From contig RSEE01000009.1 of the NCBI GenBank assembly GCA_003971905.1, positions 1-64,000 of the forward strand: a stretch of DNA of 64,000 nt, given 5' to 3'. Position 1 is the first letter of the stretch, and the number at the start of each line of letters is the position of its first letter. Positions 36,420-47,453 of the stretch are shown in pieces. The notes under the pieces are model-generated. The model was not told the DNA's origin. It made no database searches and saw only the letters and a list, made by a program, of their open reading frames with translations. The translations under genes were made by a program, and so were the position numbers. The DNA is from Moniliella sp. 'wahieum'. Its lineage: Eukaryota.

Positions 36420-38703
36420 GTCACCACGAAGAGTGATGCATGGTAGCAGCACGACAGCAGCCGAGGGCGGGGAGGCACATACGCGGCACGGGGGCAGCCC
36501 CCACAACACAACTGTACACTTCCGCTTCGATGTACATAATGGTAACGCTGGCTGGGGGAAAGAAAAGACATGCCGCCTGAGGGAGAGCACGGGGCCAGGC
36601 ACATTGAAAGCCAAAGGAACATCTCTCTTTGGCGTTTGCGGTATTCCATCCCCTGGAGCGACCCATTTTTCGTTGAAAGCGCGGGGGCCAAAACAATGAC
36701 ACTCATAAAAGGCCTATATGTGCATGAGACCACATCCATCCAACTTCTCCCCAACACCCTTAATTTATCTGGTTGGGGGAAGAATAAGAAATGCAGTAGG
36801 GGGGGTGGCTGGAGGCCAGACGTATGCACTACCGAGGGGTGGCACCAACAGGTGCAACAGTTACGAGAATAGGAATAGATGCGGATCTCAGCCGAGGGAC
36901 TCGGGTAGAAAGGAAGTAAACTTTTCGAGCTATTAGAGGTGCATCAGGGGGTACATGACGATCCCGCAAGACCTGCTCGGCTCTGTAGCGGAATAAAGAG
37001 CTGCATTGCTTTTGGAATGGTGCAAGAATGTCTCAAAGACTATCAGGGACCCCCTCAAAAATCGTGCTTCCCTGAAGCCATGAAATCTGAGGGGTACTGT
37101 GCCACATACACTGTAAACTAGATCCTTGCTCCCCTGGAAGGAAGCTACTAGGTATACTGAAGAATCTCACTAATCTCGGATCTCATTGGAGATGATTCAA
37201 AGTTCAACGGTGAACGTTGAGTGTTGAGTACAACGTTTAACACGTTCAACGCTCATCGCTCACACATGTTTGCCACGCTCGTTCACATTCACTCGTGGTA
37301 CATCCAAAGAAGCGAATGGGGAAAGCGGTCAGATCTCAGAGGGTTCTGACCTGCCGGGAACACTATTGACTTCATACATTTTGTGGGTGGGGCCCAGATG
37401 TCAACAAACACCGGCTGTGCGATACTGAAGGGTAACAAGTAATAGCACTGTGGGGCACTATAAAGCGTGCCTCTTATGTCTCGGCTTAGGCATTATGTTT
37501 TGTAAATGTGCTATGGATGCAGTTGTCTCATTAATAGTAGGATTTACATGTTATGGTTCAACGTGTTCAACGTTCATTGCGTTCAAGTATATTTGCGCTT
37601 TCGTTAATAGAAGGTGAGAAAACAATGATTACTGATGAAACAAGGCAAGGAAAGAGGAGAGAGGGGTAGTTACCGGCGTGAAGCTTGAAGAAGGCTAGGA
37701 GAGGAGAAAAGTGATATCTGAAATTTGATAGAGGAGCGCAACGATCTGTCCAGAGATGTTAGGTGTTTCATTGCATGAACGTTGTGGGTGCTGAGGAGTT
37801 CTGAGTAGTATAATACGCTAGTACTGGTTTGAGTGTATTAGGTCTGAGTACCTGAGTACTCGTCGAGTACTATTAGTACTACTGGGACCGTCTGGTATAC
37901 GGTTGAGCAAGAGCCACCGTCCCTATAAAACACCACCACGGGGTGTGCAACACCTTTTGTCCGATGTACATGCCCGGTTTTAGTACCACACCACACGTTC
38001 CATCATGCATCCCCCGATCACTCCATCACTTCAGAGCGCCAGCAGGCAAAACGTGGGTCTCGTGGCCATCACCCTTGCTCTGACAGGCAAGGGTGGAGGA
38101 TGGGTCTATAGCAGGATGTAGTTGGGGCTGCATCGAGCATATATCGAGTGCATCAGAGCATATGTATGTGACAAGTTGAGACCCCATCTACGAATATTCC
38201 CGTCCCAAGCAATTTAATGCGTCGTACTGACTTTAATGACATGACCAATTCTTGACAGAGTCCCGTGGTGCTTGTGATGCATCATGATGCATGATGCATG
38301 ATGCGTGTAGGATGCGGCAAGTGGCCTAGTTCGGGCTGCTTGTCAGACACACCAGCTCTATAAGAGCCGAAGTTAAATTAGTAACCGGTGATGTAGGCGC
38401 ATGACGTGTGACTGCTGCCCCCAAACCTTTAGAACTATTGCTACTCCGTCCCTTTCTTATAAGCTGATCTGCGTCTCCTTGCCTCTGTTTGGCGCCCCCT
38501 CCATCCCTTCAACCACCCTCCCCTCCCGTCCTTCTACCTCTACACCACCGGTTGGTGCTCGAGAGCAGGCTCTCACTTCCTTTTTCCTCATCCCCTACCC
38601 CCATCAACATCCAGCCGGTCTGGAACTTTTCCCCCTGCGTGCACATCGCCCCATCACACCCTCCATCTTGCCTGAAGCCTATACGCCGGTCGTATTCGTC
38701 GCC

Positions 38704-40029
38704 ATGCACCCTCGTCCCCTGGTAGGTCTCCTCGTTCTCTGCCTCCTCGCCCACCTATGCGGAAATGTCGGCGCACTGCCCATCCATGCCCCTGCCACCA
38801 ACATTCCCGCACAAGCAAACAACGTGAACCCACCAGCCAGTACGGCTGCCGCTTCTGCCCAGCTCTACCCCCGTGACTTTGCTCAATCCCAAGCTGTTTC
38901 CAAGCCCCTTCCCCAGGACGGATGGGAAGATATCAACGGTCCGGAAGAGTTCAGTGGTGTCAGCATAAAATGCCCTGCGTGGGCTACGGGTGGGTACAGT
39001 GGACCTAAGGTCAAAACCATGGAAATCGCCACCACATGCATGCAGTCCCCACCCACCGCGTCTACCATGGTGATAACATCCACGCCTACCTCCACCACAC
39101 CTGCCCAATCATGGAGCTCTTCCAGTAGCACTGCGTCCTCGAGTAGTGCCTCGCCTTCTCCTTCCTCAACAGGCACTGCCTGGCCCCACGATGGGTACAG
39201 CAAAGGAGAGTTGCGGACTGATCTGAGCAATATCATGAGTTGGGCAAACGCCAAGGAACAGCTCCAGGACAGCTTATTCAATGAGACTGTTGATGCTGTC
39301 TGGAGTGCAGCGGCACGGTACTGGAACGAAATCCCGGCGCGTGCGGCCGCTCGTTTTATCCTCGCTGAGATTCAGGTCGAGTCTGATTTTAACAGCAAGA
39401 AGGCGGATGGCCCTGCGTTGGGCCTTCTCCAGGTCACACCCGGGAACGACACTCGCGGGCTAACTTTGTTCAAGAATTATGCTAATGTCCAGCAGCATAC
39501 GCTCTCTTGGCAAGTGGCGAACGTCAACGAGGGAGAGGGTTCGGGCGCCTTGACGGACTACCAGTCATCGCAGCCGTTGAACCTGGGCAAGTTGAGCAAC
39601 AACGACCTCTTCCGTCCGTGGATCAATGTGCACGTTGCTTGCTGGATACAGTCCAATCTTGCCCGCTCAGGAAGCAATGACCCGAGCAATTGGCAAGCGA
39701 TCGCTCGCGCCTCCCACACCTGGATCCATGCCTGGTTTCCGTTCCTAAGGGACCGAGGCCAGGTGAAGCTGAACAAGTACTTACAGGCTACTCAGCTGCC
39801 CTACACTTTCCAGACCGCCCTTGGCTCCTGGGCAGCTGGGCCAGCCAAGGATGGTCCTGGGGCTTACAAGCAAAATGGCGATGATCGGTCAGTAGAGTAC
39901 ATCAACTCGGTCCTCGCTGGCGTCAAAGTGCTGTTTGGCAAACCGAACATGACCACCACCTTTTTCGACAAGTGGAATGTGCATCCGGGATTGTTAGACT
40001 ACAACATTCACTGGTTCCCTTTTTGGTGA
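38704..40029 (+). CDS. Secreted lysozyme-like (SLT/GH23-type) protein with S/T-rich linker, 441 aa, intronless
   Basis: Signal peptide MHPRPLVGLLVLCLLAHLCGNVGA and an S/T linker. SLT-like motifs in order: AEIQVESDF, ALGLLQV, DLFRPWINV, ALGSWAAGP, EYINSV. Confidence 0.7.
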   Translation: MHPRPLVGLLVLCLLAHLCGNVGALPIHAPATNIPAQANNVNPPASTAAASAQLYPRDFAQSQAVSKPLPQDGWEDINGPEEFSGVSIKCPAWATGGYSGPKVKTMEIATTCMQSPPTASTMVITSTPTSTTPAQSWSSSSSTASSSSASPSPSSTGTAWPHDGYSKGELRTDLSNIMSWANAKEQLQDSLFNETVDAVWSAAARYWNEIPARAAARFILAEIQVESDFNSKKADGPALGLLQVTPGNDTRGLTLFKNYANVQQHTLSWQVANVNEGEGSGALTDYQSSQPLNLGKLSNNDLFRPWINVHVACWIQSNLARSGSNDPSNWQAIARASHTWIHAWFPFLRDRGQVKLNKYLQATQLPYTFQTALGSWAAGPAKDGPGAYKQNGDDRSVEYINSVLAGVKVLFGKPNMTTTFFDKWNVHPGLLDYNIHWFPFW

Positions 40030-40269
40030 AATGTACACTCTTCCATTCCCGGACATGTGATGGATATGTCCTAATCTTTGAGTCACTCCGTGACCCCTTC
40101 ACTTACTATATAGGGGTTGGGGTTATTGTGTACTCCCTGTACCCTATAGCTGGCTTTTTGCTATCCCGCCTTGCCTCCATGTCTCTCTATAGTATACATT
40201 CATCACTAGTACATAGAGCTGCTCTTTTATTGGTGTGATGACTACTCGGAAATTCTTGTCAAAAAGTCT

Positions 40270-40490
40270 GGCGAGGGAGACCAGAGCCGAGACTATAGGT
40301 CAAGGGATGTAGCAATAGTTCGTGGGGAAGAAACAAGAGCAGAGGACATGGTGCGAAAAGTGGAAGAAACAGGGAAAGGGCGAGACGCTCTTCAGGACGA
40401 AGAAATTGGAAATGGGAGCGAGGTCTCAGTCAAACTATATATGACAATAGCCCCTAGGGTATCTTGAAGAACTGTACACCCTAGCAGAGA
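40270..40490 (+). repeat. Degenerate ~200-bp direct repeat, copy B
   Basis: Colinear similarity to 35208-35420, aligned by eye. Confidence 0.55.
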
Positions 40491-41321
40491 TCTTGAGACT
40501 CGGCTCGTTTCTCCTGTTGGAACCTCGATGGTAGGAGAACCACACCTACAAAGTTATCCCTGTCTCTAACAACGTGATTTGAGATAAGTTCTTTCGAGCT
40601 GAATTTTGTCGTGGCCGGCCTGATGCCTGAGAGGCCTTCTGATGGACTGGCGAGACAAAATAAATGTATACATCGTGGCGGGGATTGTGAGGAAGTCCTA
40701 CGCAACTCCGTTATGATAGTGTGGACATGGCTAGGAAGGAGAGACAAATACAGTATTACCGCGTTAGAAACGAGAGAGAAGAACCGTGGCATATAGCCTC
40801 TGTTTATACATGGAGCTTTTTTGGGCGGAGAAGGGCGGCGAAGGTTATATATAAGCTGACACACTGTACCCTTTTGCCCTCTGCCGATAGAACAAGGTCG
40901 GCGACGCAAAATGCGGTGATGAGACGGCATGTTGCCACACTCTAAAGCTTGAAGCTTGAATCTGGATCCTTAACCACATATCTCCACTGGGTCCTGGTAC
41001 TGGTACTGAACGAACCGCCCACCACTGATCGCACTGATGCTTCCGTAGTGTACAGAGACCCTGTCCTCTGTGTGCGCTTGCTTCGGTTGAAGCTTCAGTA
41101 CTTCAGTTTTGCAAAGCACTTTGGGCAACAAGGCGCAGTGGCTAGTGACTGAGCGTCTAACGCTCCAGGCGTGCAGAAGCTTCACGCTCGTCAGCTGGCG
41201 TGCGTTGCCGCTTGAGAGAGTGGGAGAAAGGGGGTGCTGGGTGGGGCCCAAGAGCGGGAGCTTATTCGCTTCAGCCGCCACCAGCACCGCCTGCCGCAAT
41301 GGGCCCAGAATGCGGCCCCCC

Positions 41322-41330
41322 TATATATAT
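41322..41330 (+). promoter_or_regulatory. TATA-like element upstream of the cyclin gene
   Basis: TATATATAT in a GC-rich context, followed by a CT-rich leader. Confidence 0.4.
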
Positions 41331-41920
41331 GTACAGCGGTTGAAATTGCACCGGCTTACTTGCGCAGACAAACGCATTGCCAAGCCATCGAGTCCGACTG
41401 AGCGTACTAGCCGAGCCTGCGCGAGGGTCCTCCACCACCCCACCATCCTCCCCACGGCGACGTGGGAGCCGCGCTGCTCCAGACCTTCCTTTGCTTCCTC
41501 CTCCGTCCCTTCCCCGCCCCCTTCCCCGCCCCCTTCTCCCCCACCTCTCCCATCCGCTCCCGAGCACGGCGGCCACGCCTTCCGTTGCTGAGCTCAGCCA
41601 GCCGCTCCTGCGCCCCGCCTGCGCTCCCCTTTCTGTTTTTCCTTCATCTCCGCCCACTGATACCTAAGCCTGGACGCGACCCGAAGTCTGGACCGCTGCA
41701 GCCCAACTCACCCAGTGTGGAGGCACCCTGCCCGACAGGACCCACCATCCCTGCCATTTCGCACCTCGCACCTCGCTCCTTGTCTCCACGCCACGCGTCT
41801 CATCCGCACGCCCTCGTCAGTGGTATGTTCGATCCCCCCCTCCAACACCAGGAGCTGAAACCACGACGTTAATGACCGAATCCTAGTGTCTTGCACAGAC
41901 CGGTGTCTTCCTCCTCCACC

Positions 41921-43449
41921 ATGTCCGCCGCCGCACTGCGTGAAACATGCCCCTCCGCCGCTGCCTTCTTACCCCCCGAGCGTACCAAGCTTGCCCCGGC
42001 TGCGTCTTGGGCCCGCTCATCTGCCATTATTCCACGGGCGAGCAGGGCGAAGCAGATCCTTCCAAGCAGGCGGCGATACTGTCTGACGCGGCGGTACGTG
42101 TCCACTCAATCCTCAAGCCCAAGACGAACGAGTGGGCGGACAGGCAGGAATCGGACGAGAACTGGTATGTCTCTTCAGACATGCTTAAAGGGGCTTCCAT
42201 ACCACCGACGGGATATGAAAGCAAGTACACGTCTGAGCCCATTACTTCAATCGGCGCACCAGCCTGGAACGAGACACTGCCCCGCCCGGATGCACTCTCT
42301 GAGCAAGGCGTACCCCTCGCTGATCTATCTCGCGCCGAGAGAGCGACGGGACGGAAGAGGATGTTGACGGTGCCACGGATGATTTAGAGTTTCTCCGAAT
42401 GACCGACCCAGATCATGTATTGTGCCTGCCCCACGAGCTTGAGCTGGCCGCGATGAACAAGGTGCTGCGTGTGCAGATGCATTACGATTGGTATGAGCTC
42501 CGCCCTCGGATTCAAGCCCAATCTGATGCCCGCGCCGCGCTCGTGGCCGAAGGATGCCTCTCTCCCCGTGTAGCGGCTGAAGAGAAGGCGCTGGCACAGG
42601 CAGGGGTCGATGTGGTGGAGGCACGCGACATTACCATGATGGCTGAATATGCGGATGAAATCCTGCTGTACCTGGGAGAATGCGAGAAGCGGACGATGCC
42701 CAATGCTAACTACCTTGAGCACCAATGTGAGGTGGATGCGGCGGCACGGAGCAAAGTAATAGACTGGCTTGTCTTGGTTCATGATCGCTTTCGCCTCGTC
42801 CCGAAACGTTGTTCAATGCGACCAATATTTTGGACCGCTTCCTTTCTCTGCGGGTTGTGGCACTGGCCAAGCTTCAGTTGCTTGCAATAACCTCCCTCAT
42901 GATCGCGTCCAAGTTTGAAGAGGTGCTGCCTCCACCTCTGGACGATCTGGTGTACGTGTGTGCGGGCGTGCAACCGGGAGAGGTCATCAAGGGTGAGCAA
43001 CTCATCCTCGAGGCTTTGAACTTTGACGTTTCGAGATACACTACACCCTACCCCTTCCTTCGCCGCATCAGCAAGGCAGATGAGTACGATGCCCATACCC
43101 GAACCTTGGCCAAGTTTTTTTTGAGCTTGCCTTGGTGGATGAGCGCTTCCTTCGGGTCCGCCCACGAACCATCGCGGCCATGTCTATGTTCCTAGCGCGC
43201 CGAATTCTGGTTGAGTGGGACGAGGTTTGGGACAATGCGTTCGTCTACTATTCTGGTCATGTTCAAGAACAATTGGTCCCTGCTGCTAATTTGATTCTTG
43301 AACGGCTTGTCCAGCCCGAAGTGTGCAACCTGCACGTGTATCACAAGTACAGTCGCCGTGTTTTCCTTGGGGCCGCTCCATTTGCTCGTGACTGGGCTTG
43401 CCACAATTTTCACCCCGCTTTTACAAATGCTACCAACGCCATCCTTTAG
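41921..43449 (+). CDS. B-type cyclin (divergent); start uncertain, frameshifted
   Basis: MMAEYADEILLYL..E.RTMPNANYLEHQ, RSKVIDWLVLVHDRFRL, NILDRFLS.RVV.LAKLQL..I.SL.IASKFEE, PYPFLRRISKADEYD.HTRTLAKF, FVYYSG. Confidence 0.88.
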
Positions 43450-44898
43450 AATGCCCCCACCCTTCTTTCCTTTTTGAACCTGACCCTGACACACCCACGC
43501 TTGTGTTTGTCCCGTCTAATCCCCAACTTTTTGCGCTTTACATGGGGATGTGAACGTTGCCCGTTGACCGGTGACCGTCCATCCCATGATACCTCCCTCG
43601 TTCGATCCACAACCCCCATCTCTCAACAACATACTATTCTACGATAATTGCGTTCCCATTGGGACCTTATGGTTTTTTACGGTGCATGATGCCCCACCTC
43701 ACTTTCTCTCTCCGCACTTTTACCCCCTCCATACCCATGACTACATTACTGTTCCTTTTTGAATCCTCGTCTCCTACAGTTGGGCCATCATCTTTCTTGC
43801 GCACCCTTGGTACCCAAATATACACACCTTGAACACATTCTTGGTGCCGCCATTCGATCCCTCCCCTTTGCCCTTCTCACAGCAAAAAACAATGCTGTTT
43901 CGGCGAAGCTGTGTCTAGTCTTCTCGCTCTGGTTTGGTGTAATAACCACTAACTGTTTCTCTGGAGGGGGAGAGGCAGGGCGGCTGTCCATTCGTCCTGA
44001 CGATACGTAGGCTATAGGAGTGTGTTGCAGACGGGTAAAGTGATAGAGAGCTTCATTGGAGAAGGGTCATTAAGGTCATCGCTCACATGTCCACCAGAAA
44101 CCATGCTCATTCGTATTCGCTTCAGCCACATGTCTTTTGGAAATGAATAACGGGTGGAAGGGGGTCCAGACCTGGGTACCAGTGACGCCATTGGGCTTCC
44201 GATGGGCAGGGGGAGGGATCTGACAAAGCTCGGATGAGCGAGCCTGTGGTGGACGAAGCGCCACACATCATGTCGCTGATGACGTTTTGCATTTATATGA
44301 AGTCGCCCGGGGAAGCAAGGGCTAGGCAGGAGTACAGCCACTATGGACATCCGTCGAAAGGTTACCCAATAACAGAGGTTTGCACAACGGGTGAAGCATG
44401 GCAGTGCATTGCACTTAAAGCAACATTCATAACCAGCAACGCCGGGTTGGAGGGATATGAAGGGAGCGAAGAGCAAAAATTCCGCACGTGACCAATACCT
44501 ACCATAAGCAGGAGGAAAGAGTACCAACTGGAGATGGTGGCAGGCACTGTGCAGAAACGTAGAAAAGGAACGAGATGCGGAGGTCCCCACAATAGTGGCC
44601 GCCGGTGCCGGAGGGAGAGATTGAGAGGGGACAGGTAATGACACTGGGGAGGAAATGTGGTGTGGTCAGGACGGGTGAGCTGGCCATATTAGCCCTACTC
44701 GCCGGAGAAGGAAGGACCAAAGGGGGGGTGCAAAAGAGCGCCGTGTAAGGAGCGACAAAGAGGGGAGTGTGAAGGTTTGTAAGATGCACGAGTAGCAATA
44801 TGGCAATACCGAAGCCGTTGCATGCAGGACGTGGAGATCAACGAAGACAGCTAGCGATGCGCCAATGAGTGGGAAAGAGATGCGAGTGGCCGGCCGCC

Positions 44899-45562
44899 TT
44901 AGTTGTCGTCCAGAACTCGGAACTTGAGGGGCTTGAGCACACCCACAGACAAGTCAGCCAGCTCCTGGAAGACGGCCTTGGTCATGTCAACGTCATACTG
45001 AGACTTGCACGAGCTTCCACATTCATCCACCACCTTAGCTGCGACGGATTTGCCATTGTAACTGCGTGGAACAAAATCAGTCAGCACACCCCACCCGACA
45101 AGAAAAACAAAGAGAACAAGGAAAGTAATACTAACTGGAGATGCACCCATTGTCCACAGCGGGCAGGAGAGCCGGCAGGAACGGCGACAGACATACTGCT
45201 GTCGGAAGGGGCACTGCCACCACAAGCGGGTCACTCTAAGTCAGAAGGCAAAATTGTGTCAGCAAGCAAAGAACATTTGGCCTGTCGCATGTCACTAGTC
45301 ACTAGCTTCACTATTGATGGTATGGGGAACCATCGTGAACGGGGGAAGGCCGACAGATCCGTCATACGGCGAGAGTGAGACGTACCAATTTGCTTCCATC
45401 GTAGTATGTGCCCTGGCCGCCCGAGTAGACACGGTAGCGCTTCTCGAGAGAGAGGTCGGAGTGGCGAACCTTGTGAGCCGCTCGGGCTTCCCCAGGGGCC
45501 ATGAGAGAGGATGCAGCGGCCATCGAGGCAATGGCGAGGGAGCAAATAGCGACAAACTTCAT
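44899..45562 (-). CDS. Secreted RlpA-like double-psi beta-barrel (loosenin/expansin-like) protein; introns 45236-45385 and 45062-45135
   Basis: Signal peptide MKFVAICSLAIASMAAAS, Kex2-type EKR, then YSGGQGTYYDG, PACGG, CGQWV, YNGKSVAAKVVDECGSSC..YDVDMTKAVFQELADLSVGVL. Confidence 0.88.
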
Positions 45563-47453
45563 GGTAACGAGATGGGACGGGCAGGATTGGGGCAGGAGGG
45601 CGACTAGTGAGGGTGGGAGGGAGGAGTGGACGGGGTAGTGGAAGTGAAATGGAGGGAGAAGAGGATGGCGATGGTGGTGTACTGTGGGTGATGTTGGGGG
45701 TGACAAGGTGTTACTGAGCGAGAAGATCAACATGTTCAACCTGAAGCTTGAACCGCCATTGCGCCGAGAGGGCACCACGCCCCGAGGCGATCGTCCATCA
45801 TCGATCACCGATCGCACGCGCGAGCATGGGGAAGAAGAAGCAGAAGGGCAGTGTCCGGGCGTGGGAGCGAGAAACAGTGGGATGTTTCAGTTCGTCAGTT
45901 CGGGATTGCCACAGGGGCGGTGCCTCCTGATGCATGATTCATGACCGGTGACCCCACTGTGCGAGCGACCTAGGCTGACATTCGAATGGCACGGGGCCAG
46001 TTTAAAAAGTACCCAGTTGTCTACGCCTCGCGCGTCGTTCCATGGCTAAGCGTCAGCGCGCCAGCGCGTCAGCGTCAGTTCCCACACCCCGGCGGCTACC
46101 GTCACCGCGTCACTGCGGTTGAAGTCAACGGTCGACGACAACCTAGCGCCACGAGCGGTAGCGAGCGCAACCGTCCACTCCCGATTCTTCCGTCGTCTGT
46201 TCGGTTTAACGCTGAGGCGCTGAGGCTGAGTACGCTGAGGCTGAGTACTGAACCATTGAACAGCTGGGTCACGGATGCCATGGTCAAGCGCAGAGGCCTC
46301 TCAATACCACCGCATCTCAATGGCTACCGGGCTTAGTCTTTCTTCTCGGATGGCCTCCGGCCTGAAGAGCCGCTCCAGCGCGCATTGCTGCCTTGTGCTT
46401 ACTGCGCAAAGTATAACCAGCATGGCGCATCGGTGCGCTGGCAAATACTATCCCCAGCCCCAGCAGCATTATTTACCACGCGGGGACACTTGCGACATGT
46501 GATGGGTGATGATCGTGTTGAACGTGTTGAACGTTGATTAATGATTCAATTGGCTACCCCGCGTCCAAAATGACATCCGTGTGACTTGGTTGCGTGCGAC
46601 ATGTGGCATGGCGAGGTTGGAGAGGGATAGAGGTTGGACGCACACTCAGAACTCGACGTCTCAGATCGTAACCCTCTTAGTTCCACTAAATGCCATAGGA
46701 ATGTCTACCAATCTATTCCCCCCACTAGCCCCAGCATTTCCTTCTCCATTGGGAAAGAAAACCATCGTAAATTGCAGAAATGCCGGTCTTGTCTGAACTC
46801 GGAATGTGCGAAGTGGCAATTTTAGATGCCTCCCGCCTCCAACCACGCCGCATCCTCAGGGCCTCATCGACTTCATCGACCTCATAGTTGATGGCTCAGG
46901 CTGAGCAATCGCTGATTCATGATTCTTGAACGTTGAACCTTGAACGTCTTGTACTTCCATCATGCATCAGCTTCCAGCTTCAGATCTCAGAGAGAACTCA
47001 GAGTATAAGTACTCTGGTTGTTCACCTGCTGCACCACAACATCATTATATTACCACACTCTCATCATGATGCATGTGCAACATGCATCAAGGCAAAAAAG
47101 GTCTCTCAGGGACCCATCCGTCAGAAGAAGAACAAAAGCGCCTTCAAGCTTCAATCCCAGGCTATAGTTCACGCCAGAAGCACCGTAGGCACCCAACATG
47201 CATACGGAGCGAGGACTACGAATGAAATCTGTTCTACTCAAATTGCGTTGGCCGGACCACCACACTCACTGCAAGCATACAATCTCTACTTCGCGACCTA
47301 GTATATTTGCTTGCGGTACATGTTCCAACATCTACCGTGGGGCGTTTTCCCACCGCCACCGCGACCGATTCCAGTGTGTGCTGAGAGAGCCGTTGGAAGC
47401 GGAAGATGAGATTGCATTGGCTCGAGAAGGATGGTCAAAGGATGCTCAAAGGG

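Noticed and set aside
35725..36699. 324-aa ORF inside repeat copy 1 as a transposase or gag
   Set aside because: No DDE, RT or zinc-knuckle motif, a non-ATG start, and the frame is not preserved in copy 2.
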